Both the position numbers and the translations under genes were made by a program. From the IMG/VR virus record IMGVR_UViG_2778261009_000008, positions 1-51,038 of that record: a stretch of DNA of 51,038 bases; one strand, written 5' to 3'. Below, in pieces: positions 10,133-18,776 of the stretch. The notes beneath the pieces were generated by a model. The model did no database searches, had not been told where the DNA came from, and was given only the letters and a program-made list of their open reading frames with translations. This DNA is from a virus (taxonomy: Duplodnaviria > Heunggongvirae > Uroviricota > Caudoviricetes). Each line of letters opens with the position of its first letter. Within the stretch, counting starts at the first letter, position 1.

Positions 10133-10556
10133 CTATCAGGCACTGCGTGAGGTAGCACAAAACTATCAATCGACGCTGGCGTGGTATCAGGAAAAGCCAG
10201 ACAGTCCAAACGCTGAACAGGATTGTGATGCAGCTTTAGCGGCGTTTAAGCGTCACATCCGTCATCGGGAAGCGGATATTATCGCTGATTTGCTGGATGG
10301 ACTGGAAGAAGCAAAATCACAACTCAACGAGCAGCGTGAGTATTACGAAGGCGTTATCTCTGATGGGAGCAAGCGTATTGCTGAACTGGAAGCGCGGGAA
10401 GTTCAATTACCGACTCGCTACGACCTTCGATATGGACACCCGATAAATGCAGATGAGCGACAAGTCATGATACCTAAAGAAAATGGCAGTTGGCTTTACC
10501 TGATTGACCTAGAACACGCATTACGCGTCGCTGGCATTCGCATCAAAGGAGAGTGA
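10119..10556 (+). CDS. Hypothetical phage protein
   Basis: 145 aa ORF overlapping the previous stop; coiled-coil-like middle. Confidence 0.55.
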   Translation: MSKIDYQALREVAQNYQSTLAWYQEKPDSPNAEQDCDAALAAFKRHIRHREADIIADLLDGLEEAKSQLNEQREYYEGVISDGSKRIAELEAREVQLPTRYDLRYGHPINADERQVMIPKENGSWLYLIDLEHALRVAGIRIKGE

Positions 10557-10557
10557 T

Positions 10558-10857
10558 ATGGCGTTAACACACCACGAACTCTGTCAGATTGCGTACAAGT
10601 TCCTTAAGCGCAACGGGTTCAAGGTTTGCTTTCATGACCGCTTTGTTGCTGTAACCAGTACCGGAGAACAGCCAGATGCTATGGGATTCAGAAATTCAGC
10701 ATCATGCCTGATAGAGGCGAAGTGTTCTCGTGCTGACTTGTTGGCAGATAGAAAAAAGCGTTTCCGTAAAAATCCCTCATTTGGCATGGGCGACTGGCGA
10801 TTCTTTATTAGTGAGCCGGGAATTATTTCAGTTGAGGATTTACCTCCCGGCTGGTGA
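10558..10857 (+). CDS. Small PD-(D/E)xK / VRR-NUC-like nuclease-fold protein
   Basis: 99 aa; motif …QPDAMGF…(12)…CLIEAKC… matches a PD…E.K catalytic core; start 1 nt after the preceding stop. Confidence 0.5.
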   Translation: MALTHHELCQIAYKFLKRNGFKVCFHDRFVAVTSTGEQPDAMGFRNSASCLIEAKCSRADLLADRKKRFRKNPSFGMGDWRFFISEPGIISVEDLPPGW

Positions 10858-11144
10858 TTACTTCACGTTGTTAACGGAAGAGTACGGAAAGTACATGGAT
10901 GGCCCAGGGGTAATTGCTGTTGGGGTAATCCTGACGATAAGCCATTTACTGGAAATAAGCAGGTTGAATGCGATTACATGTTATCTGCATTAAGGCGCAT
11001 GGAGTTGAGAGGGCACCTTAATGAAATATATGACGGTGTAATTGTTAATAAGAAAGAAGGAAACGCGGCATGACCACTATTACCAAAGATTGACTGCTGA
11101 CAATCCAGCATTGGCGCGAAACATACGGACCGGGTAGCAACGTT

Positions 11145-11657
11145 GTGCTTCCAGCAGAAGAAGCGGAAGAGCTGGCACGGATTGCGCTGGCATCACTGGC
11201 AGCAGTATCGGATGAACGAGCAGCCTATGAATTATTTATGGAGAAGCGTTTCGGAGAATCTGTAGATCGCCGCAGAGCAAAAAATGGCGATAGAGAATAC
11301 ATGGCATGGGATATGGCGCTTGGCTGGATTATCTGGTGTCACCGCGCCGCCATGCTTCAGGCTGGAAACTTTCGGGAAAATAAGGGTTCGTCAACCAATA
11401 ATTTTCGGGAAATCTCGGAAACGTCAACCAACTATCCGGTAACTCCGGATGGTTGGATAAGCTGTAGTGAGCGAATGCCGGATGATGGTCAGCACGTAAT
11501 TATTTTATGTGATGGCGCATTCGTTCTTTATGCGCAATATCGAGACGGTGAGTTTTTTGATGTAGTCCGTAATGGTGATGAATTTTTCGAAACACAGAGC
11601 CGCAATGTAACCGGCTGGATGCCGCTACCAGAACCGCCGCAGGAGGTGCGCCAATGA
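11145..11657 (+). CDS. DUF551-domain phage protein
   Basis: 170 aa (GTG start); C-terminal …WISCSERMPDDGQHVIILCDG…VTGWMPLPEPP is the typical DUF551 signature. Confidence 0.65.
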   Translation: MLPAEEAEELARIALASLAAVSDERAAYELFMEKRFGESVDRRRAKNGDREYMAWDMALGWIIWCHRAAMLQAGNFRENKGSSTNNFREISETSTNYPVTPDGWISCSERMPDDGQHVIILCDGAFVLYAQYRDGEFFDVVRNGDEFFETQSRNVTGWMPLPEPPQEVRQ

Positions 11658-11737
11658 ACTGGCCTGAAGCATTTGCAATTACAGGCGTTGCTATGGTTAT
11701 CGCTTTTTTAATATATGTTATTTGTCGGTGGGGGTAA
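11654..11737 (+). CDS. Small hydrophobic peptide (27 aa)
   Basis: MNWPEAFAITGVAMVIAFLIYVICRWG with perfect SD AGGAGG 7 nt upstream; single predicted TM helix; below track cutoff. Confidence 0.45.
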   Translation: MNWPEAFAITGVAMVIAFLIYVICRWG

Positions 11738-11772
11738 AAACGTTCGCCGGGATTCACACCAAAGGAGGGAAT

Positions 11773-11877
11773 ATGTCGGATGATATCTCACTGGCAATGG
11801 AAGGCGCTCTGGCCGTTATTGTTGTTGTGGGTGTTTACTGCCTGGTCGTGCTTTTGATGGATCGTCTGGGGAGCTGA
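11773..11877 (+). CDS. Small hydrophobic peptide (34 aa)
   Basis: MSDDISLAMEGALAVIVVVGVYCLVVLLMDRLGS with SD AAAGGAGGG upstream; single TM helix. Confidence 0.45.
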   Translation: MSDDISLAMEGALAVIVVVGVYCLVVLLMDRLGS

Positions 11878-12043
11878 ATTCATTACGATATGGGAATTTC
11901 CATATCGGGTAAAAAGGGGGGAGTAAAACGAGAGTCAAGTAGATGTATCGGTCAAAAATTGAGCAGTAAAAGGGGCGATATTAATCGCCCTTGAGTTGTA
12001 TTAGTTATCATTTTGTTGCCTTGCCGGGAGTAAGTCGAGCTTG

Positions 12044-12688
12044 CTATTTAACTGTCCATGCCGGGCTGAAATCCACTTCCTGAAATAACTCAGTTAGCCC
12101 GCTAATTTGTTTAAGTCTCAGTACTTCATCCTGATCCATACCCAACTCAGTGCCAATGCGTTCATCTGCCCATCCCAAGCGTGAAAGATCTCTTACAATA
12201 TCAGACACTGAGTCTATCTGGTGTTTCCCCCTAGCCCGGTTATGTCGAATGGTTGCGGCAATGCGTGCGGCTTGCCCTTTTCTCTCTGGATTAATACAGG
12301 CTACAGGCAGCCAGCCCCTCAGACGTTTTCCTGTAACTGATTCTCTGCCCAATAACTGACGATGAAAACCATCCACCACCAGATAATGATTCTTCTCCTC
12401 TGACACCACCACCGGTTGTGTGAAACCATCTTTTTCCAGTGACTGCTTCAGCAGTTTCTTCTCACTTGGTGCCATGACATTGGGGTTATAATCGTTGGCT
12501 ACCACCTCATCCGCTTTCACCCACAGCACACAGTCTACAGGCTCCTGTGCAAAAGGACTGACTTCATGCAGTACCCCGCGCAGATGGTTAAGGGCTCGTA
12601 TGGACTCTTCTTCGGGCTGTTCCCGACTGAAGTACTGACGAATCATGTTGCTTAGTACATCCATCTCAGGCGTCACAGAATCCCCCAT
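12044..12688 (-). CDS. ParB-like nuclease domain protein (IbrB-like)
   Basis: 214 aa; ParB/Srx-fold motifs (…YLVVDGFHRQ…, …IRHNRARG…); overlaps the upstream PAPS-reductase-like gene. Confidence 0.8.
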   Translation of the reverse strand: MGDSVTPEMDVLSNMIRQYFSREQPEEESIRALNHLRGVLHEVSPFAQEPVDCVLWVKADEVVANDYNPNVMAPSEKKLLKQSLEKDGFTQPVVVSEEKNHYLVVDGFHRQLLGRESVTGKRLRGWLPVACINPERKGQAARIAATIRHNRARGKHQIDSVSDIVRDLSRLGWADERIGTELGMDQDEVLRLKQISGLTELFQEVDFSPAWTVK

Positions 12689-13899
12689 TCTTTCCTCCTT
12701 TCCTTCATTCGTTGCAGATAACGCTCATAGTGCCGGGGTTTGTTCGGACTGAAGGAGAGGGTCCGGCACCAGAAGTCATTCTTTATGAGCGTCTTACAGA
12801 TACGTCGCCAGGACGGGATATCCCGGCTCCCCAGGTCATTCTCCTGTTCATCCGGGATATCATCCGGGAAGCCCCGCGTCTGATACCAGCGCAGGTAGAC
12901 TGCAATTTTGTTACGGTAATGTTCTGCTGTTCTTTCTGGCATAACATCCAGCATGAACATTGCGTAGCTGCGCCAGGTATGATGAGCCGGTTTTGTGATT
13001 CGTTTACGCAGAGCAAAATAGGCACCGCTTTCATTGGCATAAAGAGCGCCACTGGCAGCCCCTGACACTCGCTCACACATCCTGGCCCAGGTTTCCGGCT
13101 CCAGAACATGGTAAAGCCACAGCCCCTTACGCTGTTCCGGGCCAAAGGGCTCACAAACACGCATGTTGCGTAACGACACTCCGGCACGGTACATTAGGTC
13201 GTACAGGGGATTGTAGATGGCGCGGGTTCTTGAGTTATACGTCCATATATCATTTGTTTTCCAGTCATACAATGGATACATGGTGTAGTAAAAACCATCG
13301 GGTGAAGCGGTGGTCCAGGGTTTATCATCTGCATATCTCAGTTTGCGCTGAGACACCAGTCCCATAAAGCGATTGAGCGATTCATCAGCACGAACACCAG
13401 TTAGTATTCCCACTCCACATCGGTTACCGGCAAACCAGGAAGAAAATGCCGGAACAAATTCTTCAAACGTCATGGCATACCGATAAAATGGGAAATACGA
13501 CATATCTGTAATAGCGTCATCTGGTGGCTGACGAACCCATTCTACACCTGGCTCCCAACATATCCATTCTGGCTGAAACTGAGAGACGCCATTTACCGTA
13601 GTCAGAGGAAGCGCTACCCAGTAAAAATTGTCTGTCACATGCCGGTACATTTCCCTCATCTTTTGGATATGATTAATCGTGCACTGATATTGGGCTTCCC
13701 AGTCAATGAATAAAACCGAAAAACGACGTTTTTTTCTACTGGCGACTTCTGCCACAAGATGGAAAAGCACAGTAGAGTCTTTGCCACCAGAAAAAGACAA
13801 GCAGACCTCATTAAACGTTTCGAACAACCATTCAATGCGATGGATTGCTGCTGACAGAACATTTTCCCCTGTGCTGATTTTTGTTATGGTTCCTGACAT
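12673..13899 (-). CDS. PAPS-reductase-like PP-loop ATP pyrophosphatase (IbrA-like)
   Basis: 408 aa; PP-loop motif SFSGGKDS near the N-terminus; AT-rich promoter-like region upstream (13900-14050). Confidence 0.85.
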   Translation of the reverse strand: MSGTITKISTGENVLSAAIHRIEWLFETFNEVCLSFSGGKDSTVLFHLVAEVASRKKRRFSVLFIDWEAQYQCTINHIQKMREMYRHVTDNFYWVALPLTTVNGVSQFQPEWICWEPGVEWVRQPPDDAITDMSYFPFYRYAMTFEEFVPAFSSWFAGNRCGVGILTGVRADESLNRFMGLVSQRKLRYADDKPWTTASPDGFYYTMYPLYDWKTNDIWTYNSRTRAIYNPLYDLMYRAGVSLRNMRVCEPFGPEQRKGLWLYHVLEPETWARMCERVSGAASGALYANESGAYFALRKRITKPAHHTWRSYAMFMLDVMPERTAEHYRNKIAVYLRWYQTRGFPDDIPDEQENDLGSRDIPSWRRICKTLIKNDFWCRTLSFSPNKPRHYERYLQRMKERRKEWGIL

Positions 13900-14053
13900 A
13901 CAATCTTCTAATGATAAAACGGTAAAACCTATACTTATTAAGTAATATTATGTAACAATCATTTTGCATGAATGCAATATGTGATGGTCTTATACACTTT
14001 TTATCGCATTCTGGTTAAAATCATCCAGCCAGCCTGAACAACTGGCACCTGCT

Positions 14054-14344
14054 GTGTCACCGGAGAACCCGATGGCGCAACATATAAAATCCCACAATTC
14101 TGAAGCCGTCCCGGCCATTAAGCGGGGGCGGCATTCGCACGTATTTAAAACCCACTGGTACCAGCATCCTCCATGCACTGAAGAACAGGCCGAATGGCTG
14201 ATTCAGTGTTACCGCAGGCGCGGATACGAGGTTAAGAAAGCCCTCAGCCTCAATTATCGTCACTGGATAATCTCTGTCAGGCTCCCTTATTCCGAACGTC
14301 CACCGCGTCCGTCCCGCACATTCCAGCAACGTATCTGGAGGTAA
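14054..14344 (+). CDS. Hypothetical small basic protein
   Basis: 96 aa ORF (alternative start MAQHIK at 14072) immediately upstream of the DUF968 gene. Confidence 0.45.
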   Translation: MSPENPMAQHIKSHNSEAVPAIKRGRHSHVFKTHWYQHPPCTEEQAEWLIQCYRRRGYEVKKALSLNYRHWIISVRLPYSERPPRPSRTFQQRIWR

Positions 14345-14345
14345 C

Positions 14346-15395
14346 GTGCGGGTATTACTTCGACCTGTTCTGGTGCCGGAACTTGGCCTGGTGGTCCTTA
14401 AGCCCGGACGCGAATCACTGCCTGTTTTTCATTGCGGCAGGGTGCTGGTGGAGCCGGAACCGAAAAGCATGCGTGCTCTGCCGTCCGGGTTTGTACCTGC
14501 CGTTCGCCAGCCGCTGGCGGAAGATAAATCATTACTGCCATTTTTCAGCGATGAGCGGGTGATCCGTGCTGCGGGTGGCGCTGGTGTACTGTCTGACTGG
14601 TTATTACGTCACGTGAAATCCTGCCAGTGGCCACACGGCGATTATCATCACAGCGAAACCGTCATTCACCGTTACAGTACCGGCGCGATGGTGTTGTGCT
14701 GGCACTGCGACAACCACCTGCGGGAGCAGACATCTGATTCACTGGAGCTACTTGCTCAACAGAATCTGGCCGCCTGGATGATTGACGTCATCCGTCACGT
14801 AATGAATGGCGCACAGGAGCGTGAATTATCGCTGGCTGAATTATCCTGGTGGGCGGTCTGCAATCAGGTGGCTGATGCGCTTCCGGAATCTGTATTGCGT
14901 CGTTCGCTGGGATTACCGGTGGAAAAAATTCGCTCCGTATACAGTGAGAGCGACATCATACCGGGAGAGCAGACCGCCACCAGCATCCTGAAGCAGCGGA
15001 CAAAAAACATAGCGCCACCGCTTCACGCCCACCAGCCACAAACCACGCCACAGGAAAAGACGGTAGTAAGCATCGCCGTTGATCCGGAGTCCCCGGAATC
15101 TTTCATGAAACGGCCTAAACGTCGTCGCTGGGTTAATGAAAAGTTCACGCGCTGGGTTAAGACGCAGCCGTGTGCATGCTGTGGAAAGCCAACTGATGAT
15201 CCGCATCACTTGATTGGCCATGGGCAGGGCGGTATGGGGACAAAATCCCACGATATTTTCACACTACCGTTGTGCCGGGAGCACCACAACGAACTTCATG
15301 CTGACCCGCTGGAGTTTGAGAAAAAGTACGGGTCCCAGGTTGAGTTAATTTTTCATTTTCTTGATCACGCCTTTGCGACTGGCGTGCTCGGGTAA
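14346..15395 (+). CDS. DUF968-domain protein (YdfU-like)
   Basis: 349 aa; Cys/His-rich C-terminus (…CACCGKPTDDPHH…CREHHNELH…); standard position upstream of rusA. Confidence 0.8.
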   Translation: MRVLLRPVLVPELGLVVLKPGRESLPVFHCGRVLVEPEPKSMRALPSGFVPAVRQPLAEDKSLLPFFSDERVIRAAGGAGVLSDWLLRHVKSCQWPHGDYHHSETVIHRYSTGAMVLCWHCDNHLREQTSDSLELLAQQNLAAWMIDVIRHVMNGAQERELSLAELSWWAVCNQVADALPESVLRRSLGLPVEKIRSVYSESDIIPGEQTATSILKQRTKNIAPPLHAHQPQTTPQEKTVVSIAVDPESPESFMKRPKRRRWVNEKFTRWVKTQPCACCGKPTDDPHHLIGHGQGGMGTKSHDIFTLPLCREHHNELHADPLEFEKKYGSQVELIFHFLDHAFATGVLG

Positions 15396-15407
15396 AAGAG
15401 GTGACTG

Positions 15408-15767
15408 ATGCTCATAGATTTGGTTTTACCTTACCCGCCAACGGTGAACACCTACTGGCGTCGTCGTGGCAGCACATATTTTATCTCGGAGGAGGGAAAG
15501 CGCTATCGCCGTGCTGTGGCGCTTATTGTTAACCAGCAGCGGCTGAAATTAAGCCTGTCCGGAAGGCTGGTAATCAGGATTATTGCAGAGCCACCGGATA
15601 AGCGCCGCCGTGACCTGGACAATATTCTGAAAGCGCCGCTGGATGCGCTTACGCATGCGGGGTTGTTAATGGACGATGAGCAGTTTGATGAAATCAATAT
15701 TGTGCGTGGCCTGCCTGTTCCTGGCGGGCGGCTGGGGATAAAAATCACAGAACTGGAGTGCGCATGA
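15408..15767 (+). CDS. rusA: Holliday junction resolvase RusA
   Basis: 119 aa; aligns with E. coli RusA including the catalytic block RRRDLDN…DAL…G…DD. Confidence 0.85.
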   Translation: MLIDLVLPYPPTVNTYWRRRGSTYFISEEGKRYRRAVALIVNQQRLKLSLSGRLVIRIIAEPPDKRRRDLDNILKAPLDALTHAGLLMDDEQFDEINIVRGLPVPGGRLGIKITELECA

Positions 15768-16447
15768 ATAACCAGTATTTACAGTTTGTTCGTGAGCAAC
15801 TCATGATTGCCACTGCGGATCTCAGTGGGGCGACAAAAGGCCAGCTGGAAGCCTGGCAGGAGAATGCCCTGTTCGATACAGGGCGTTACAGACGCAAAAA
15901 AATTCGTTATCGCGATGAGGTAACCGGAAAAATGATCACGCGGGATAATCCACCGATCCCGGGTAAACAATCACTGGCGAAAGGCTCATCAATTGCGCTG
16001 GTCAGTCCGGTTGAGTTTGCAACATCATCGTGGCGGCGTGCCGTTCTGGAACTGGAAGAACATCAGAAGGCGTGGTTACTGTGGTGCTACAGTGGAAATG
16101 TTTGCTGGGAAGATCAGGTCACTATAACACAATGGGTATGGGGTGAGTTTAAAGCTCAGGCTGGTACCAGAAAAATTGCAGGGAAAACGCTGGATCGTCT
16201 GAAGAAACTGATTTGGCTGGCGGCACAGGATGTGAAGAGTGAGCTGGCAGGGCGTGAGACCTATGAACATCAGGAGTTAGCGGTGTTCATAGGAGTTGCT
16301 AAATCTACATGGACAAAAACACACAGGCCTCACTGGTTGGCTATGCGGGGTAGTGCAGAGATGCTGGACAGGGATGCTCTTATTTCAGTAATGCGGGTAC
16401 GTTCACGGCAAAAGTCGCTTAATTTAGAACCATATCTTGCAAAATAG
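15758..16447 (+). CDS. Q-like late antiterminator (putative)
   Basis: 229 aa ORF directly after rusA, followed by a TATAAT hexamer and two intrinsic terminators; assignment rests on position, not on recognised similarity. Confidence 0.5.
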   Translation: MRMNNQYLQFVREQLMIATADLSGATKGQLEAWQENALFDTGRYRRKKIRYRDEVTGKMITRDNPPIPGKQSLAKGSSIALVSPVEFATSSWRRAVLELEEHQKAWLLWCYSGNVCWEDQVTITQWVWGEFKAQAGTRKIAGKTLDRLKKLIWLAAQDVKSELAGRETYEHQELAVFIGVAKSTWTKTHRPHWLAMRGSAEMLDRDALISVMRVRSRQKSLNLEPYLAK

Positions 16448-16516
16448 AACTGAAGAGCATATATTCCGTGTAAATCTGATATTTTGCAGATTTTGTACGC
16501 GATGGCAAAGTAAGCA

Positions 16517-16543
16517 AACCCCGCCGCCGAGCGGGTTTTTTGT
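16517..16543 (+). terminator. Intrinsic terminator downstream of the Q-like gene
   Basis: GC-rich hairpin CCCGC-CGCCGA-GCGGG followed by TTTTTTG. Confidence 0.6.
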
Positions 16544-16562
16544 TGGCTTAACAGGTTATAAT
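16530..16562 (+). promoter_or_regulatory. Candidate late promoter (pR'-like) with consensus -10 TATAAT
   Basis: Perfect TATAAT at 16556-16561 with a weak -35 (TTGTTG) about 17 bp upstream; the upstream edge overlaps the T-run of the preceding terminator. Confidence 0.35.
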
Positions 16563-16743
16563 GTACAGTGCGAAACTGCCTGTTCAGCAGAATCATAGAG
16601 TGTTGACTGATACTGTCGCTGTACCCTGATGGGACTTGTGAGACTTCCGAACTGGAAGCCAGGAGTAGCAATAAGGTGATGACAAGCCTGCTGCCCTGTG
16701 TAAAAGGCACCTTAATGGTGCCTTTGTCGTTTTTATCAAAAGA

Positions 16744-16768
16744 TCCCCGCCACTGGCGGGTTTTTTAT
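16744..16768 (+). terminator. Intrinsic terminator (tR'-like)
   Basis: Hairpin CCCGCC-ACTG-GCGGG followed by TTTTTTA, about 190 nt downstream of the TATAAT. Confidence 0.6.
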
Positions 16769-16889
16769 GCCCGAAAAACGGCACAGGACGTTAAACGCGC
16801 TGGTGCTCGTGAATAGCGACCTTTCATCTTGCTGGCTTTTTCGACAAGAGTTATTGGTGTGTCACGTTAACCGGAAAAGGGAAAAAGAC

Positions 16890-17087
16890 ATGCTGAAACA
16901 GCAGGATATGACAGAAACCGCCAGAGTGGTGTTTAATGAATTAAGCGTCACCGAACCGGCGACAGTCGGGGAGATTGCGCAGAATACTTACCTTTCACGC
17001 GAACGCTGCCAGTTAATACTGACCCAGCTGGTTATGGCGGGGCTGGCAGACTATCAGTTCGGTTGTTACAGACGCCTTCAGTCCTGA
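16890..17087 (+). CDS. Small winged-helix-like DNA-binding protein
   Basis: Shorter start MLKQQDMTE chosen because the longer ORF (16767) would begin inside the terminator; 65 aa with HTH-like segment (…PATVGEIAQNTYLSRERCQLILTQLV…). Confidence 0.45.
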   Translation: MLKQQDMTETARVVFNELSVTEPATVGEIAQNTYLSRERCQLILTQLVMAGLADYQFGCYRRLQS

Positions 17088-17100
17088 AGGCTTTTTTATT
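17074..17100 (+). terminator. Intrinsic terminator
   Basis: Inverted repeat GCCTTCAG/CTGAAGGC followed by TTTTTTATTT. Confidence 0.5.
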
Positions 17101-17237
17101 TGTGGTAAATGGGCGGCTGGTGGGTGTTAGGGGCACTCACCAGCCATCTGCTCATGCGTCAGGATCACAAGCAAACCTCAGGCCCACTGCTTTGCGCAAA
17201 AGCAGAATGAGCCTATCAGAGACAGGCTTAATGATCC

Positions 17238-18296
17238 ATGCTTAATACTGTAAAAATATCCAGTTGTGAGTTAATCAACGCTGACTGCCTGGAATTTATC
17301 CGGTCGTTACCCGAAAATTCTGTTGATCTGATAGTCACGGACCCGCCGTACTTTAAAGTGAAGCCTGAGGGCTGGGATAACCAGTGGAAGGGCGACGATG
17401 ATTACCTGAAGTGGCTGGACCAGTGTCTTGCGCAGTTCTGGCGGGTGCTGAAACCTGCCGGAAGTCTTTACCTGTTCTGTGGCCATCGCCTGGCATCTGA
17501 TATCGAAATCATGATGCGTGAACACTTCAGTGTGCTGAACCATATTATCTGGGCAAAGCCGTCCGGACGCTGGAACGGGTGCAACAAGGAAAGCCTGAGG
17601 GCGTATTTCCCCGCCACAGAGCGCATTCTGTTCGCGGAACATTATCAGGGGCCGTATCGCCCGAAAGATGCCGGGTATGAGGCGAAGGGCAGGGCACTGA
17701 AACAGCATGTGATGGCCCCGCTGATTTCTTACTTTCGTGATGCGCGTGCTGCCCTGGGGATAACGGCAAAACAGATAGTGGATGCCACAGGAAAGAAAAA
17801 CATGGTGTCGCACTGGTTCAGTGCCAGCCAGTGGCAGTTACCGGACGAAAGCGATTATCTGAAATTACAGGCGCTGTTTGCCCGGGTGGCAGAAGAGAAG
17901 CATCAGCGCGGAGAACTGGAAAAGCCACATCACCAACTGGTCAGCACATACAGTGAACTGAACCGGCAGTATACGGAACTGCAGAGTGAATATAAGCATC
18001 TGCGGCGGTATTTCGGTGTGACGGTGCGGGTGCCGTACACCGATGTGTGGACGCATAAACCGGTGCAGTACTATCCCGGGAAACATCCGTGCGAAAAACC
18101 GGCAGAAATGCTGCAGCAGATAATCAGTGCGAGCAGTCGTCCGGGTGACCTAGTTGCAGATTTCTTCATGGGGTCGGGTTCGACAGTCAAAGCAGCGATG
18201 GTGTTGGGGCGTCGTGCTACAGGCGTTGAGCTGGAGACTGAACGTTTTGAGCAGACGGTCAGGGAAGTTCAGGATTTAGCCAGCCAGAACGGATGA
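17238..18296 (+). CDS. DNA methyltransferase (N6-adenine/N4-cytosine class, DPPY motif), orphan
   Basis: 352 aa; catalytic motif IVTDPPYF; no adjacent restriction endonuclease gene visible. Confidence 0.85.
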   Translation: MLNTVKISSCELINADCLEFIRSLPENSVDLIVTDPPYFKVKPEGWDNQWKGDDDYLKWLDQCLAQFWRVLKPAGSLYLFCGHRLASDIEIMMREHFSVLNHIIWAKPSGRWNGCNKESLRAYFPATERILFAEHYQGPYRPKDAGYEAKGRALKQHVMAPLISYFRDARAALGITAKQIVDATGKKNMVSHWFSASQWQLPDESDYLKLQALFARVAEEKHQRGELEKPHHQLVSTYSELNRQYTELQSEYKHLRRYFGVTVRVPYTDVWTHKPVQYYPGKHPCEKPAEMLQQIISASSRPGDLVADFFMGSGSTVKAAMVLGRRATGVELETERFEQTVREVQDLASQNG

Positions 18297-18336
18297 TATT
18301 GCAGGATTAGTTACGTACCGTTATTATCCTGCGCCC

Positions 18337-18412
18337 GGCCCTTTAGCTCAGTGGTGAGAGCGAGCGACTCATAATCGCCAGGTCGCTGGTTCAAATCCAG
18401 CAAGGGCCACCA
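18337..18412 (+). tRNA. tRNA with anticodon CAT (Met, or Ile2 if lysidine-modified)
   Basis: Hand-folded cloverleaf: acceptor GGCCCTT/AAGGGCC, D-arm GCTC…GAGC, anticodon loop CTCATAA, T-arm GCTGG-TTCAAAT-CCAGC, encoded CCA. Confidence 0.85.
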
Positions 18413-18421
18413 TATCACATA

Positions 18422-18498
18422 CCGCCATTAGCTCATCGGGATAGAGCGCCAGCCTTCGGAGCTGGCTGCGCGGGGTTCGAGTCCTCGATGGCGGTCCA
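18422..18498 (+). tRNA. tRNA-Arg (anticodon TCG)
   Basis: Hand-folded cloverleaf: acceptor CCGCCAT/ATGGCGG, anticodon stem CCAGC/GCTGG with loop CTTCGGA (U33, G37), T-loop TTCGAGT, encoded CCA. Confidence 0.8.
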
Positions 18499-18776
18499 TT
18501 ATCTGCATCATGCGTTGTTAGCTCTGATGAGTGAATCATTGTCTTTTGAGCAACAGGCTATCATATAAGATAGTCTCAGATTTCCTTGTTTATTCTCGCC
18601 GGATGCTTCGTAGATATTTGCAGGCATCTGTATGCAGGGGTATTATTGCGGCATATATCATCCGGAAAAATAAAAACTACATGCTGATCCGGAGATGATA
18701 GTTACAAGTCCTCCCGGATCCCGCATATTTACTATATTTTATAGATAATTGTTCTTGTTAATATGGAGATGGATAA

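Noticed and set aside
18337-18498. Prophage tRNA acting as amber suppressor for the TAG in the DnaC-like gene
   Set aside because: The anticodons read as CAT and TCG; neither is CUA.
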